From a virus (Duplodnaviria; Caudoviricetes), in the IMG/VR virus record IMGVR_UViG_3300028048_000120, positions 1-64,000 of that record: 64,000 nucleotides of DNA. One strand, written 5' to 3'. This document shows, piece after piece, positions 37,856 to 48,600 of the stretch. The stretch's first letter is position 1. Each line of letters begins with the position of its first letter. Position numbers and translations under genes: made by a program. Under the pieces are notes generated by a model that saw nothing but the letters and a program-made list of their open reading frames with translations, did no database searches and had not been told where the DNA came from.

Positions 37856-39364
37856 ATGGAAACAGAAGAAAAAGCAAAAGCCTATGATAAGGCTTTGAAA
37901 GTAATTAAGGATAATTTAGATGCTCTAAATGAAATTGCTGAAACAGGAGCAAAGATTGTAAATATCCAAACCATTAAAAATTGTTTTTACAGAGCATTCC
38001 CCGAACTCAAAGAGAGCGAGGATGAGAAGATAAGGAAAGCACTTATTAGAACCTTTAATGAGTTAAGGACTAATGAACATATAAATGATGTTCTTGTAGG
38101 GGATATTCTCACTTGGCTTGAAAAGCAAGGTGAGCAGAAACAAGACCCTTGTAATAATTGTAAGGATGTTATGCTTAATTGTCATAACTTCCCTTGCACT
38201 AAAAAGAGAGCATTTAAACAAGGTAAGTCATTACTTGAAGTAATCAATGAAGAAAAGGTGGATAATGCTAATAAAGTTGAACCGAAGTTTAGAATTAAGT
38301 ATGCTGGTAGCGAGTATAATGTGTTTGAAATAAAAAACATTGCAGGCGTAACATTCTATGGAATAGAAGATGAGCCAAATCATATTGATTATGTTAAGGC
38401 AGAGAATTGTGAAAAAGTTGACGGTTATAGCATAAAAGAAAATGGCTCTACATATCCAACTAAGTCTGCTGTGTTTTCGGAGCAAACCACTAATGATAAA
38501 GTTGAGCCAAAGTTCCATGAAGGAGATTGGCTTTGTGAAAATGCGCCAAACAATTATGCTCGATTTATACAAATACTTGAAATAGTCAATTTACAAGGTA
38601 AAGAAAGATATAGAATTTCCAGAGACATTCATAATGACGAAGATATAGTAGAGTGCAGGTTTATTGAAAACGACTACCATTCCTTTACTATTGCCGATGC
38701 AAAGGATGGTGATGTACTCAATTCTCCATCTCATCACCTTATATGGATTTATAAAGATAATGAGCATTTTTATGCTTGTGTAAATATGAATTATGTAACT
38801 GAAAATGTTGCTACAAATGGTTTAATTAAAATTCCTTCTGATGCTTGTCCAGCAACCAAAGAGCAGCGTGATACTCTAATGAAAGCAATGACTGATGCTG
38901 GATATGCCTTTGATTTTGATAAGAAAAAATTGAAAAAGATAGAGGATGAAACAGAAATCCCATTTGGTGCTAAGGATAGTGAATTGCAAGAGGCTACTTA
39001 CTATATTCCTAAAGGTTTTTACGCTGAAATAGACAATGATAAGGTAGTTATTAAGAAGGGTGAAAAGCCTACTGCTTGGAATGAAGATGATGATAAGATG
39101 TTATATACAATTATTGCAGATTTTAAAGGCTTTATTCATAATAATACATCTACACTTGAGTCACATTTCAACGAATGTATAGACTGGCTTAAATCCATCA
39201 AAGACAGAGTTGGTTGTGAAGCAAATTACACAACCACAAAAGAGTGGAAGCCGAGTGATGAGCAGATGAAAGTTCTTTTAAGCGAAGTAACTGCATGGTT
39301 TAAAGGATGTTCAAAACAAAAAGTTTTAAAATCACTCTATGATGATTTAAAGAAATTAAAGTAG
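37856..39364 (+). CDS. Mosaic multi-module hypothetical protein
   Basis: Modules separated by short linkers (KESEDEKIRK, EKQGEQK, KVEPKF twice, AWNEDDD, WLKSIK, WKPSDEQM). Confidence 0.7.
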   Translation: METEEKAKAYDKALKVIKDNLDALNEIAETGAKIVNIQTIKNCFYRAFPELKESEDEKIRKALIRTFNELRTNEHINDVLVGDILTWLEKQGEQKQDPCNNCKDVMLNCHNFPCTKKRAFKQGKSLLEVINEEKVDNANKVEPKFRIKYAGSEYNVFEIKNIAGVTFYGIEDEPNHIDYVKAENCEKVDGYSIKENGSTYPTKSAVFSEQTTNDKVEPKFHEGDWLCENAPNNYARFIQILEIVNLQGKERYRISRDIHNDEDIVECRFIENDYHSFTIADAKDGDVLNSPSHHLIWIYKDNEHFYACVNMNYVTENVATNGLIKIPSDACPATKEQRDTLMKAMTDAGYAFDFDKKKLKKIEDETEIPFGAKDSELQEATYYIPKGFYAEIDNDKVVIKKGEKPTAWNEDDDKMLYTIIADFKGFIHNNTSTLESHFNECIDWLKSIKDRVGCEANYTTTKEWKPSDEQMKVLLSEVTAWFKGCSKQKVLKSLYDDLKKLK

Positions 39365-39440
39365 AAACTTATGATGGTGTGGTGGAATTAGACACTAGAA
39401 TAACTAATTTCACCACCATCATTTTAAAAGAATAATAGTT

Positions 39441-40823
39441 ATGATAGACAAAGAAAAAATTGAGGAGAACATTAGAATGGCAGAAGGCTTTATCTCAGAG
39501 GCAAAAAGGTGTCTGAGAGAAGAATATGACAATTATGCAGATGTTCAAAGGTGGATGAACAAAGCGGAGGATCTAAGGTTGTTAACCACAATCCTTCTAA
39601 GTAAACATTTAAATGGAAAATTGAAATAATAGTTATGAAAGCAAACGAGATTATTGAAGGTATTAAAAACCTAAAAGAACTGACTGCTCGCAATAGCATG
39701 GGATGCTCTGAGAACTGGTATAATTTCTACTATGCAATGAAAGAAACATTTACTCCTGAAGAAATACAAAGTATGACTGATAGAGAATGTGAACTACTTG
39801 AAAGGTTAGCTTATAATATTCAGGAAGGATTATATTAAATAAAAAAGTTGTAAGTATGAAACTAAGAAAAATATTACATGAGTTTTTGTGCACATTAACT
39901 TACAAGTGCCCTAAATGTGGGGAACATCTTGCTTGTAATGATAATGAGCATGAATATGGCAACTGGTATTGCCCTAATTGTGATGGTAATTGTGAAGAAG
40001 AAATAGGCATAAAAGAACCTATTTCTAAGACATTCCTAAGAGTTAATGAATTTGAAAATGATAATAGTTATAGAAGGTAACAACATTATGAAACTGATAG
40101 ACAAAGACACTTTAGTCGCAAAACTTAAAAATAGCATGAGAAAGAAATTCCGTATTATAAATAATGAGGTACATTGTCCTAATGCTTTTCATCCTTATTG
40201 GTATAGAATAGAGCAAAGATATACTATTTTATTCTTTATTCATTGGTGGGGAACTCCGACCTTTGAACCTCCTCATAATTTTGAATTTACTTGCGATGCA
40301 GTAAGACATATAAAGGAACATTATCCTAATGCTATTATATATGATTATTATTTCTGAGAACAAATGTAAAAAATAGATATTATGGCACAGCAATGTTATG
40401 CAAGTATAAGTGACACAGGACTTCATTGTATTTGGTGTGTTACACGTCTTGTAAATTTTGATGGATGTGAATTTACTGAGGCATATTGTGAAAAGCACAA
40501 TTTACCATGTCGGAAACTTAATTACTTCTGTTCCGACTTTATAGGGTATAAGCCAGATTATAGAATGACTGACGAAGAAGAACATGAATTAGTAGAAAGT
40601 TTAAGAAATAAAGAATAATATGGAACTACAAGAAGTGATAGACTATGCAAGGAATGAGCACAAGTCAGACCTTGCAAAGCAGATAGCCGAGGAACTTGTT
40701 ATACTTGGTGCAGAGAACGTTAAGTATAGGAAAGAGGGGAAATATTCTTTTAATTATGGCATGAATGTAGGGCGAATAAATGCCCTATCTTGGGTGTTAG
40801 AACAGTTAAAGAAAGGAGAATAA
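39441..40823 (+). other. Cluster of six small co-oriented hypothetical ORFs (39441, 39635, 39856, 40046/40088, 40382, 40620)
   Basis: Tightly packed + strand ORFs of 62-103 aa; two are Cys-rich (CPKC..CPNC; C..C..C..C). Confidence 0.5.
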
Positions 40824-40955
40824 TTTATGGGAGTATTAGGTGATATAATTAGATTAGTCAGAGATACCACAAAAGATACGTTAGAAGAATGTGGACTTGA
40901 TGACATGAAAGATGAATTAAAAGATATTGTTAGAGCACTGAAAGGGAAATAACAG

Positions 40956-41567
40956 ATGAATAAAAAAGAAGCAATAAAGTATTTAAAGCAACTTTATCCA
41001 AATGGTGGGCATTGTTGGCTTGATGAACAGAGGATGGAGGCTATTGATATGGCAGTAAAGGCTTTGCAAGAAGAGCCTGTAAGCGAGGAGTTAGAAAAGG
41101 CAGCAGATAAGTATTCAAACCATGATTACAATTATTTCGATGTCCTTGTCACTGAATATGATGGTACAGAACATTGGATGGACGATAAAATGTTTATTAA
41201 AGATGCTTTTATAGAAGGTGCTAAATGGAAAGAGCAGCAGTTTGAAACGGAAAGGCTCAAACATTGTGAACTCAAAAAAGAGCCTATAAGCGAGGGGCTG
41301 GAAGAAGCAGCATTTGATTATGCAGAGGCTTGTAAATATGATGGAGGCGAAAAATTATTATGTGTTGAACATTTCAAGGCAGGTGCTCAATGGCAGAAAG
41401 AGCAATTTGAAAAAGAACGGCTCAAACATTGTGATGCACTAACAGAAGAGCAAGCGCAGATGGAGTCAGACTTTGTGGTGGACTTCATTAAAAAGAATAA
41501 TCGTACACCTACATTCATAGATGCTATTGAATATGGAGTAAAATTAAAACTTAAAGATGGAAAATAA
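40956..41567 (+). CDS. Hypothetical protein with internal tandem module duplication
   Basis: EP(V/I)SE(E/G)LE(K/E)AA..Y and GA(K/Q)W..(Q/E)QFE(T/K)ERLKHC each occur twice. Confidence 0.6.
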   Translation: MNKKEAIKYLKQLYPNGGHCWLDEQRMEAIDMAVKALQEEPVSEELEKAADKYSNHDYNYFDVLVTEYDGTEHWMDDKMFIKDAFIEGAKWKEQQFETERLKHCELKKEPISEGLEEAAFDYAEACKYDGGEKLLCVEHFKAGAQWQKEQFEKERLKHCDALTEEQAQMESDFVVDFIKKNNRTPTFIDAIEYGVKLKLKDGK

Positions 41568-41619
41568 ACTATGAGAGCAGAATTTCGGATTGATTTAAAA
41601 TTACCTTATGATTAAAAGT

Positions 41620-41663
41620 AAATGGGGAGAGGGACTGTAGTAGTCCTTCTCTCCATTTTTTTT
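41620..41663. terminator. Bidirectional terminator at convergence of + and - blocks
   Basis: aaatggggagagggact/agtccttctctccattt stem with T tract. Confidence 0.8.
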
Positions 41664-41671
41664 CAGTGAGC

Positions 41672-41956
41672 TTATATAAATATAATACTATAAATAATTG
41701 CTACTAAAAATCCTATTACATCAGCAAGCCAATCATAAGCTTCTGATCCATGGTATCTCAATTCATCACATATTTCTTTTCCCATACCTATAATAAAGGT
41801 TATTATCCAAGAAAATCCTATACCATACCAAATATTATTTGTATATTTAGTAGCTATACTACAGCATACAAGGGAAATAAGAAAAGATAAGGTGAAGTGC
41901 ATTACTTTATCCTTCGGTATACCTATAATCCAATTATATATCTTTATTATCCACAT
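41672..41956 (-). CDS. VanZ/YfiM-like small membrane protein
   Basis: DKVMHF..GKE.CD..DWLADVIG. Confidence 0.6.
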   Translation of the reverse strand: MWIIKIYNWIIGIPKDKVMHFTLSFLISLVCCSIATKYTNNIWYGIGFSWIITFIIGMGKEICDELRYHGSEAYDWLADVIGFLVAIIYSIIFI

Positions 41957-42165
41957 ATATCTACTCCTTCTAATTGCTGTGGTAAATCTACTTCCTTAAA
42001 ATCTTCTACAGATTCATCTTTTGGTTTCTCCAATTTAATTCCATTTTCATAAAATGTTTTACCCAAGAATATTTCTGTACCAAATCTAAGATTATCACTA
42101 ATTCTTATAAACTCTTTTCCTTCATCAGCAATGATATGCTTAGGATTATTTTCATCTATTCTCAT
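41947..42165 (-). CDS. Small tail-fibre-associated protein
   Basis: IIADEGKEF..IFLG pattern found after phage tail fibre genes. Confidence 0.45.
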   Translation of the reverse strand: MRIDENNPKHIIADEGKEFIRISDNLRFGTEIFLGKTFYENGIKLEKPKDESVEDFKEVDLPQQLEGVDICG

Positions 42166-42177
42166 AATTTAATTAAT

Positions 42178-43977
42178 TTAATTATTTTGTGCTTCTATTA
42201 TATTTTTATATTCACTCCAAGTTGAATTTGATTTGTAGGCATCTACTTTATCACTAGGTACATATATATGAGTAAGTGTAGTACCTTCAAATACATTATT
42301 TCCAAGTGTAGGAGGATCACACTTTAATTTCAAAGTAATACTTCCACAATTACTAAGAGCACCATCATCTATTACAATTGAGATGTTATCTACAACTGAG
42401 ATGTAATCTAAAGTGAACCACGTTAAACCTGTGCATCCTTTAAAAGCATTTTTACCTATATAATGTGAATGTCCACAATCTGCTGTTTGAAGTGTAGTAC
42501 AATTTAAACAAGCCTCATCTTCTATTATAGTAGGCATTCTTACTTCTATTTTCTTTAAATTTGAATTGTATAAATCTGATACTTTTTCCTTAGTTGCTTT
42601 TTCTACAGTAACTTGAGAATCATCTGTTAAAGTAACAGTAATCTTATTCCTAGCACTTATTAAATTTTTATAATTCTCTAAATTTGTAACACTACCATAG
42701 GAATTATAAGCATTTGCTGAAACATATAAAGCTCTAAGATTAGTACAGTCTTTAAAAACATCACCAATAAATAAAGGAGGTACATCAGATTCAAATGTAA
42801 CTGTCTTTAAATTAGGACATTGGTTAAATGCTCCATTATCAATTTGTTTAATTGTAGCTGGAATTGTAACTGATTCAAATTCAGCACCAGCTAAACAGTA
42901 ATCAGCAAGTTGAGTTATGGTATAGTTAGGTTTGGTTGCAGTTAAGTCTGTATTAGTACATCCTTTAATCATCTTTCCTGTAGCTTTTTCAACTATATTA
43001 TTACTTATTGATACATAATAAGGATTATTAACATTTACTGTTATAGTTTCAGTTTTTTTACCATGTACATTTGAAGTACCTATTGAAAAAGGATTTAATG
43101 ATATTCTCTCTACAGATGCTGGTATATCTATATTCTCAAAACATCCTATTTTAGCATCTATATATTTTAATGTATTAGGAAATGTAATCTGAGATAAGTT
43201 AGAATCTAAAAATGCATTTACACCTATACCTACAGTATTTTTAGGGAAAACAAAATTAGTTAAGTTTTGTGTTCCAGCACATAACTGCATAGGTATAGAA
43301 CATTCATATTTAAATGTATCTGTAGGATAACTACTAGTAGCAGATGTGTTTAATACATTACCTTCAAATTCTATAGTTGTTGCAGTTGCAGTTCTTAAAG
43401 GATAATTACTAAAATGTGCATTAGCTTCTTTGTGAAAACCTTCAGGAAATACAATCTTTGTAAGATTAGGGCAATTATTAAATAGCTTTTTACTAGGCTG
43501 CCCAGTAGACATTGTCCAATAATAAGGAAATTTAAATTCCTTTAGATTTGGTAAGTTTTGGATATCTATTAAAATGTCCTTATTATAGGGTGCCTTAATA
43601 ATAATTTTATTTACTCTGCTTAAATCTATTTTTTCAAGTTTAGGGCAGTTGGTTATAGTTATATTATTAGCTTTACTATTTTTTCCAAATACTACTTTTT
43701 CTAGATTTGGATAATTCATTATATTAAAAAAGCTACTATTACCAATATATATTTCTTTAACAGTTTCAATATTAGTACTATTTCTTGGAAAAGTAGCTTG
43801 TTCCCCAATTTCTACACTATCATCTGTTCTTATTATTTTATAATAAAATGGATAGTCATAAGTAAATTTTATTTCATTTTCTTGTTCTGCATATCCTATA
43901 TAAGTATCAGGCAATTCTGCTGATTCCTGAAACTCATTTACACTTTGTATATCTTGAAATTTTCTTAAGTATTTCAT
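42178..43977 (-). CDS. BspA-like (LRR_5) leucine-rich repeat protein
   Basis: Repeats such as FPNTLKYI, IPASVERI, IPATIKQIDNGAFNQCPNLKTVTF, IGKNAFKGCTGL. Confidence 0.85.
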   Translation of the reverse strand: MKYLRKFQDIQSVNEFQESAELPDTYIGYAEQENEIKFTYDYPFYYKIIRTDDSVEIGEQATFPRNSTNIETVKEIYIGNSSFFNIMNYPNLEKVVFGKNSKANNITITNCPKLEKIDLSRVNKIIIKAPYNKDILIDIQNLPNLKEFKFPYYWTMSTGQPSKKLFNNCPNLTKIVFPEGFHKEANAHFSNYPLRTATATTIEFEGNVLNTSATSSYPTDTFKYECSIPMQLCAGTQNLTNFVFPKNTVGIGVNAFLDSNLSQITFPNTLKYIDAKIGCFENIDIPASVERISLNPFSIGTSNVHGKKTETITVNVNNPYYVSISNNIVEKATGKMIKGCTNTDLTATKPNYTITQLADYCLAGAEFESVTIPATIKQIDNGAFNQCPNLKTVTFESDVPPLFIGDVFKDCTNLRALYVSANAYNSYGSVTNLENYKNLISARNKITVTLTDDSQVTVEKATKEKVSDLYNSNLKKIEVRMPTIIEDEACLNCTTLQTADCGHSHYIGKNAFKGCTGLTWFTLDYISVVDNISIVIDDGALSNCGSITLKLKCDPPTLGNNVFEGTTLTHIYVPSDKVDAYKSNSTWSEYKNIIEAQNN

Positions 43978-44001
43978 AAATTATCATTTTTAAATTTAAA
44001 A

Positions 44002-45516
44002 TTAAAGACTAAGAACAGGTCTTACAGCTATACCCCAGTATATAGAATCGGCATACTCTGATACAGTTACTCTGTTATTACTATAAGATAGTTTAATACA
44101 TCTACTAGCAAATACTCCTTTTATATTATTACACATCACATAAGCTTCGTCTCTATAAGCAGCATCTCCACTATCATTATTATCATACCAGCAGTTAGTA
44201 CATGGGAAGTATATATACTGACCCGTACTAAAATTTAGTTTTATTACTTTAACTCCATTAATATAAGCTAGTTCAGCACTTGTAGATGCTTGTATTAATT
44301 CATCAAATTGTTCTTTTGTAGGAGTATGCCAAGCACCATTATAAGTATTATAAGCTGGGTCTAAGTATTTCTCCATATAAGTAGTGACATTACCCTTATA
44401 TCCATATCCCAAACAGCTAGGTATATTTCCTGAAGTTGTATCATAATAAATACAATTAGCCATAGTAAAGTCAGCTTTATCATTTCTTATAGTAGGATCT
44501 CCCCACATATATCTATTTCCACCTTCTTCTACTTTTGTAGCTCCTAGATTCTTTACAGCCCAAATAGTACCACTTGATAATTCTAAATCTACATAATCAT
44601 TTGTAGTAACTTTACCAAATATAAGTTTGTTAAGAGTAACTTTGCTTTCAATCAATGCATCAAAGTCATCTTTATTATATCCAAAAGTAAGATGAATTAA
44701 ATCATTATTGGCATGATTATTCAATCTGTCATTAATATCATTTAATGCTTTAGCTAGCACTTCTTCATCATCAAATAACCCATTCCTCAATTCTTGTAAG
44801 GATTCAAAATTCTCTTTATCTGAAGCTGCTGAAGGTATATAAGTCTTAGTAGCATCTTCTCCTTCTCCTGAATGGTCATTAACTATAACATAATTACTAT
44901 CACTATTAGCTCCTTTAGGTAAAGCTAATGATAGTTTATATATAGGATTACCACTAGAATCCTCTCCATCCTTCCTCATAGAAGCACTAGCTGGAGTATT
45001 ATAATCTACAGTAGTAACTCTATCAATAATTAATTGAGGTGTCTTTCCTGTAAATCCTATAGCTCCTGACATATCTACAAGGAATGTATAAGACCCTGGA
45101 GTTCCACTATAAATAAACAACTTAGCGTTATCTTCATCTTCCACATTAGAAGTAATGATAACGAAATCCCCTCCCTTTAAATCATCACCTCTATACTCTT
45201 GCATTGCTGTAATAGAGGGAAATACCTTGCTTATTTTAAATCCTTCCCCTCTTACATAAGAGTTTGTTTTATTATAGGACTTAGTAACAGGATTCCAAAT
45301 ATACACATAATTATCTTCTCCGACATACATTGGATGATCTATAATATCATGTATATCTGCTAGATTTTGAGTTACATCATGATTAAATTCAGATTGCCTT
45401 TTAGATGGATTAAAATTAACATCATCCACTATTTCATCTGCACCTGCAACACATTTATCCATAGCTGCACTGTGTAGTCTTCCTGGAATAGTAATAAGTA
45501 CTTTATTATTGCTCAT
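44002..45516 (-). CDS. Tail fibre-like protein with C-terminal CLec/FGE-like receptor-binding domain (likely start 45516)
   Basis: YVDLELSSGTIWAVKNLGA..YMWG..WHTPTKEQFDEL..IYFP..GIAVRPV. Confidence 0.7.
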   Translation of the reverse strand: MSNNKVLITIPGRLHSAAMDKCVAGADEIVDDVNFNPSKRQSEFNHDVTQNLADIHDIIDHPMYVGEDNYVYIWNPVTKSYNKTNSYVRGEGFKISKVFPSITAMQEYRGDDLKGGDFVIITSNVEDEDNAKLFIYSGTPGSYTFLVDMSGAIGFTGKTPQLIIDRVTTVDYNTPASASMRKDGEDSSGNPIYKLSLALPKGANSDSNYVIVNDHSGEGEDATKTYIPSAASDKENFESLQELRNGLFDDEEVLAKALNDINDRLNNHANNDLIHLTFGYNKDDFDALIESKVTLNKLIFGKVTTNDYVDLELSSGTIWAVKNLGATKVEEGGNRYMWGDPTIRNDKADFTMANCIYYDTTSGNIPSCLGYGYKGNVTTYMEKYLDPAYNTYNGAWHTPTKEQFDELIQASTSAELAYINGVKVIKLNFSTGQYIYFPCTNCWYDNNDSGDAAYRDEAYVMCNNIKGVFASRCIKLSYSNNRVTVSEYADSIYWGIAVRPVLSL

Positions 45517-45537
45517 AAATATAGTAGTTTTATTATG

Positions 45538-45545
45538 CAAAAGTA
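45538..45545 (-). promoter_or_regulatory. -7 box TACTTTTG (leftward tail operon)
   Basis: caaaagta on + strand. Confidence 0.6.
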
Positions 45546-45619
45546 TACTTTATTTCTAAGGTTTCAAGCTAAATTAGAAATATAATAATCATTCCAAAAT
45601 AAATAAGGTATTTATTTAT

Positions 45620-45650
45620 TTTGAGTTTAAGTAAATTACTTATATCTTTG
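45620..45650 (+). promoter_or_regulatory. Canonical Bacteroidetes promoter for the RNAP gene
   Basis: TTTG 45620-45623, 19-nt spacer, TATCTTTG 45643-45650. Confidence 0.75.
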
Positions 45651-45680
45651 TCCTAAAATTAATAATAAAATAATCATATT

Positions 45681-48600
45681 ATGAGTGGAGAAGTTTGCCT
45701 TATTATGACTCCTAAATTGGAGGAATTATACAACAAATTACAGAGTAAATACCCTAAAGAATGTGAAGCATCCTTGGTAAATAAAAATGTTTTTCTAGGT
45801 TGGGTAGAATTATATCAAAAAGATTTTAATAAAACTCCTGACTTTACACCAGATTTAAAATCACTTGTTCCTTATGTTGAAAATCTTAGAAAGAGAGAAG
45901 GAAGATCTTTCCTTAATAAAGAGATAGCTCAAAAAAGTGAAGCTAATTCTACATTGGTACAATTTATAAAGGATATTGAAACTTTAGCTGGTTATTATGA
46001 AGGAGGAGGTAGAGTTCTTTCTGATGATGTACCTAATTTCCCTAATGAATTAGATGATAAATTAAATGACTATTTCATGGAGGGTAAGGAACTTTCTTTA
46101 GATGACTATAGAAAGCTTTGGAAAGTTCTAGAATTTAAAGATGGTAAGGTATATGCAAGAAAACCAACAACAACTGAAGATAATAAGCAAGATATTGTTA
46201 CTCAGCTTATAGATCAATTAAAGGCTTCAGGTATTACTGTTCTTGGTAAAGCTGATATGGAAAAATATCTAACAGAGAAAGGTAAACTAGACCCTGTTTA
46301 CACTTTGCAAGCCATTAAGGAGAATAAAGAAATGCAAGATATTAAAGCCAAAGCTCTTGCTGATGGTACTTTCATGAAAGCTCCTAATGGTAAACCTACT
46401 AATCTTACTGAAAGACAGTGGCTTCAAGTTAGAACTAAAGCTTTTAAAGAATGGTTTGGTGATTGGGAGAATGACCCTACTAATGCTTCTAAAGTAGTAG
46501 ATGAGAATGGTGAACCTAAAGTAATGTTTAGGACTGATGGAGCTAACAAGACTGTTATGGGTAGGGGTGACGAAGGATCTTTTTTTGCTACTGACAATCT
46601 TTCTGTTGCTGGTTCTTATGCTTCAAAAGAAGCAAGTTTATATAAAGGGTTTGTTAGTTTAAAGAATCCATATATTATTAAGGGAGAATCACATGGTTTT
46701 TTCTTTGAATATAAAGGCAAAGAAACTACAGTACAAGAAGCACAATCATCTTTAATAGAAGAAGGATATGATGGTGTTTATTTTGAGCGTACTTGGGATG
46801 TAGGAGATAGGGTAAATGTAGGTAAGGATTATTGGGCAAACAATGTTGCGATGTTTAATCCTAACCAATTTAAATCAGCTACTGATAACAATGGCGAGTT
46901 CTCTACTGAGAATGATGATATTCAGATGTTTATTGGCAAGAAAGCGTATGGCAACCCTCTTACAAGGGACTTGTATTATGCAGAAAATCAATATAAGAAA
47001 ACAATACAGCAAATAAATAGTTTGGAAAGAGAATTAAATAGTAATATCTATGAAGATTCAATTTCAACTAAAAATGGCAGTATTAAGATAGTACAAAATG
47101 AGAGATCAAAAGATTCTTCTGAATATGATAGAGATACTATTACTTTAAGTTCTGGTAGATCTATTTTTGGTAGGGTAAGTATATCTATTCAAGCTAATGT
47201 TAGCAAAAATCTGATAGGTGGTTCTATCCTTTTCCCAAGTATAGAAATTAATAATCCTAACAATAATTATCTCCGTTTAGAAAACCCAATCAGAAGTAAT
47301 CATGCAAGCCTCTTAAAAACAGTATTACAATACTTTATTGACAACGGGCACAATAAACCTCATACACAATGGACTCTATATGCTGGAGGCAAATATGGTA
47401 AAGAGTATAATTATAAAGGAAGAATTAAAAACCTAAGTAAAGTCTTAGGTGTAGATGTATCTCCATATTTCCAGTTTGAAATGAGAGATGGTAAAGAGGA
47501 GAATACAGTAGAAGAGAGAGTTATTGTTGATGCTAAAGGTCTAATAGAGGCACTTCCAACATTAGTTGATACAAAAGCTTTTTCTAAACTTACTGACGTT
47601 TTGCAGTCCAATGAGCAAAACAATGTTGACTATATTCTCAAGAGGAAAAATCTTACTCAACAGCTACATGAGTTAAATAAACAACGTGATGTAGAATGGA
47701 AGAAAGTTCAAGACATTAAAAAGAAGATTAAAAATGAATTAGATGCATCATCTGACCTTCCATTTTTTATAACTCCTGAAGGTGAAGTCTATGGCTTTGT
47801 AGATGAGAAAGGTAATATATATCTTGATGAAACTGTAATCTCTCCAGAACATCCTATTCATGAATACACTCATCTTTGGGATACAATTCTTGCTAAAAAG
47901 AATCCTGCATTATGGAATAGAGGAAAGCAGTTGCTTAAAGATAAGAATCTTAAACTTAAAGGACATGAAAAGAGTATATGGCAAGAAATAGAAGAAGATC
48001 CTAACTATGGTCTAAAATGGGATAAAACAAAAGCACATTATGAAGACTATGTAGCTTCTGAAGTTCATGCTAGACTTACAGGAAAGAAAGGTCTTCAGCT
48101 TTTAGATGAAATAGCTAAGCAGAAAGGTAGTAAAAATATTATTAGTAAACTTAAACAGTGGATTTTGGATGTTTATAAAGAGTTAAAGGCTACTTTCTCT
48201 AAATGGACTCCAGAAGAGCTTGATAAGCTTACTATAAAGGACTTTACTTACATGACTCTTAGAGATTTTACATCTGGTATGGATTTATCTAATGTTCCTA
48301 CAATATTAAAAGAAACTTCTGATCCTAATATTAGTAAGGAACAAATAAATGAAGCTAGAAATGCACTATATCATATCATACAAACTTCTAAATTTAGAAT
48401 AGATCAAATACAAGATAAAATTAAATGGAACAAAGCAACAAATGAAGATATTCAAAATTTGAATAAATACAAAGTAAAACTCAAAGAAGATACAGAACTT
48501 CTTGCTGGCTTAGATACAGGAAAATCTGAAGTATATATAAATGAATATAATACTCCTATGGTAAGATGGGTGAATAAAAAAGAAAAACCATCATCACCAG

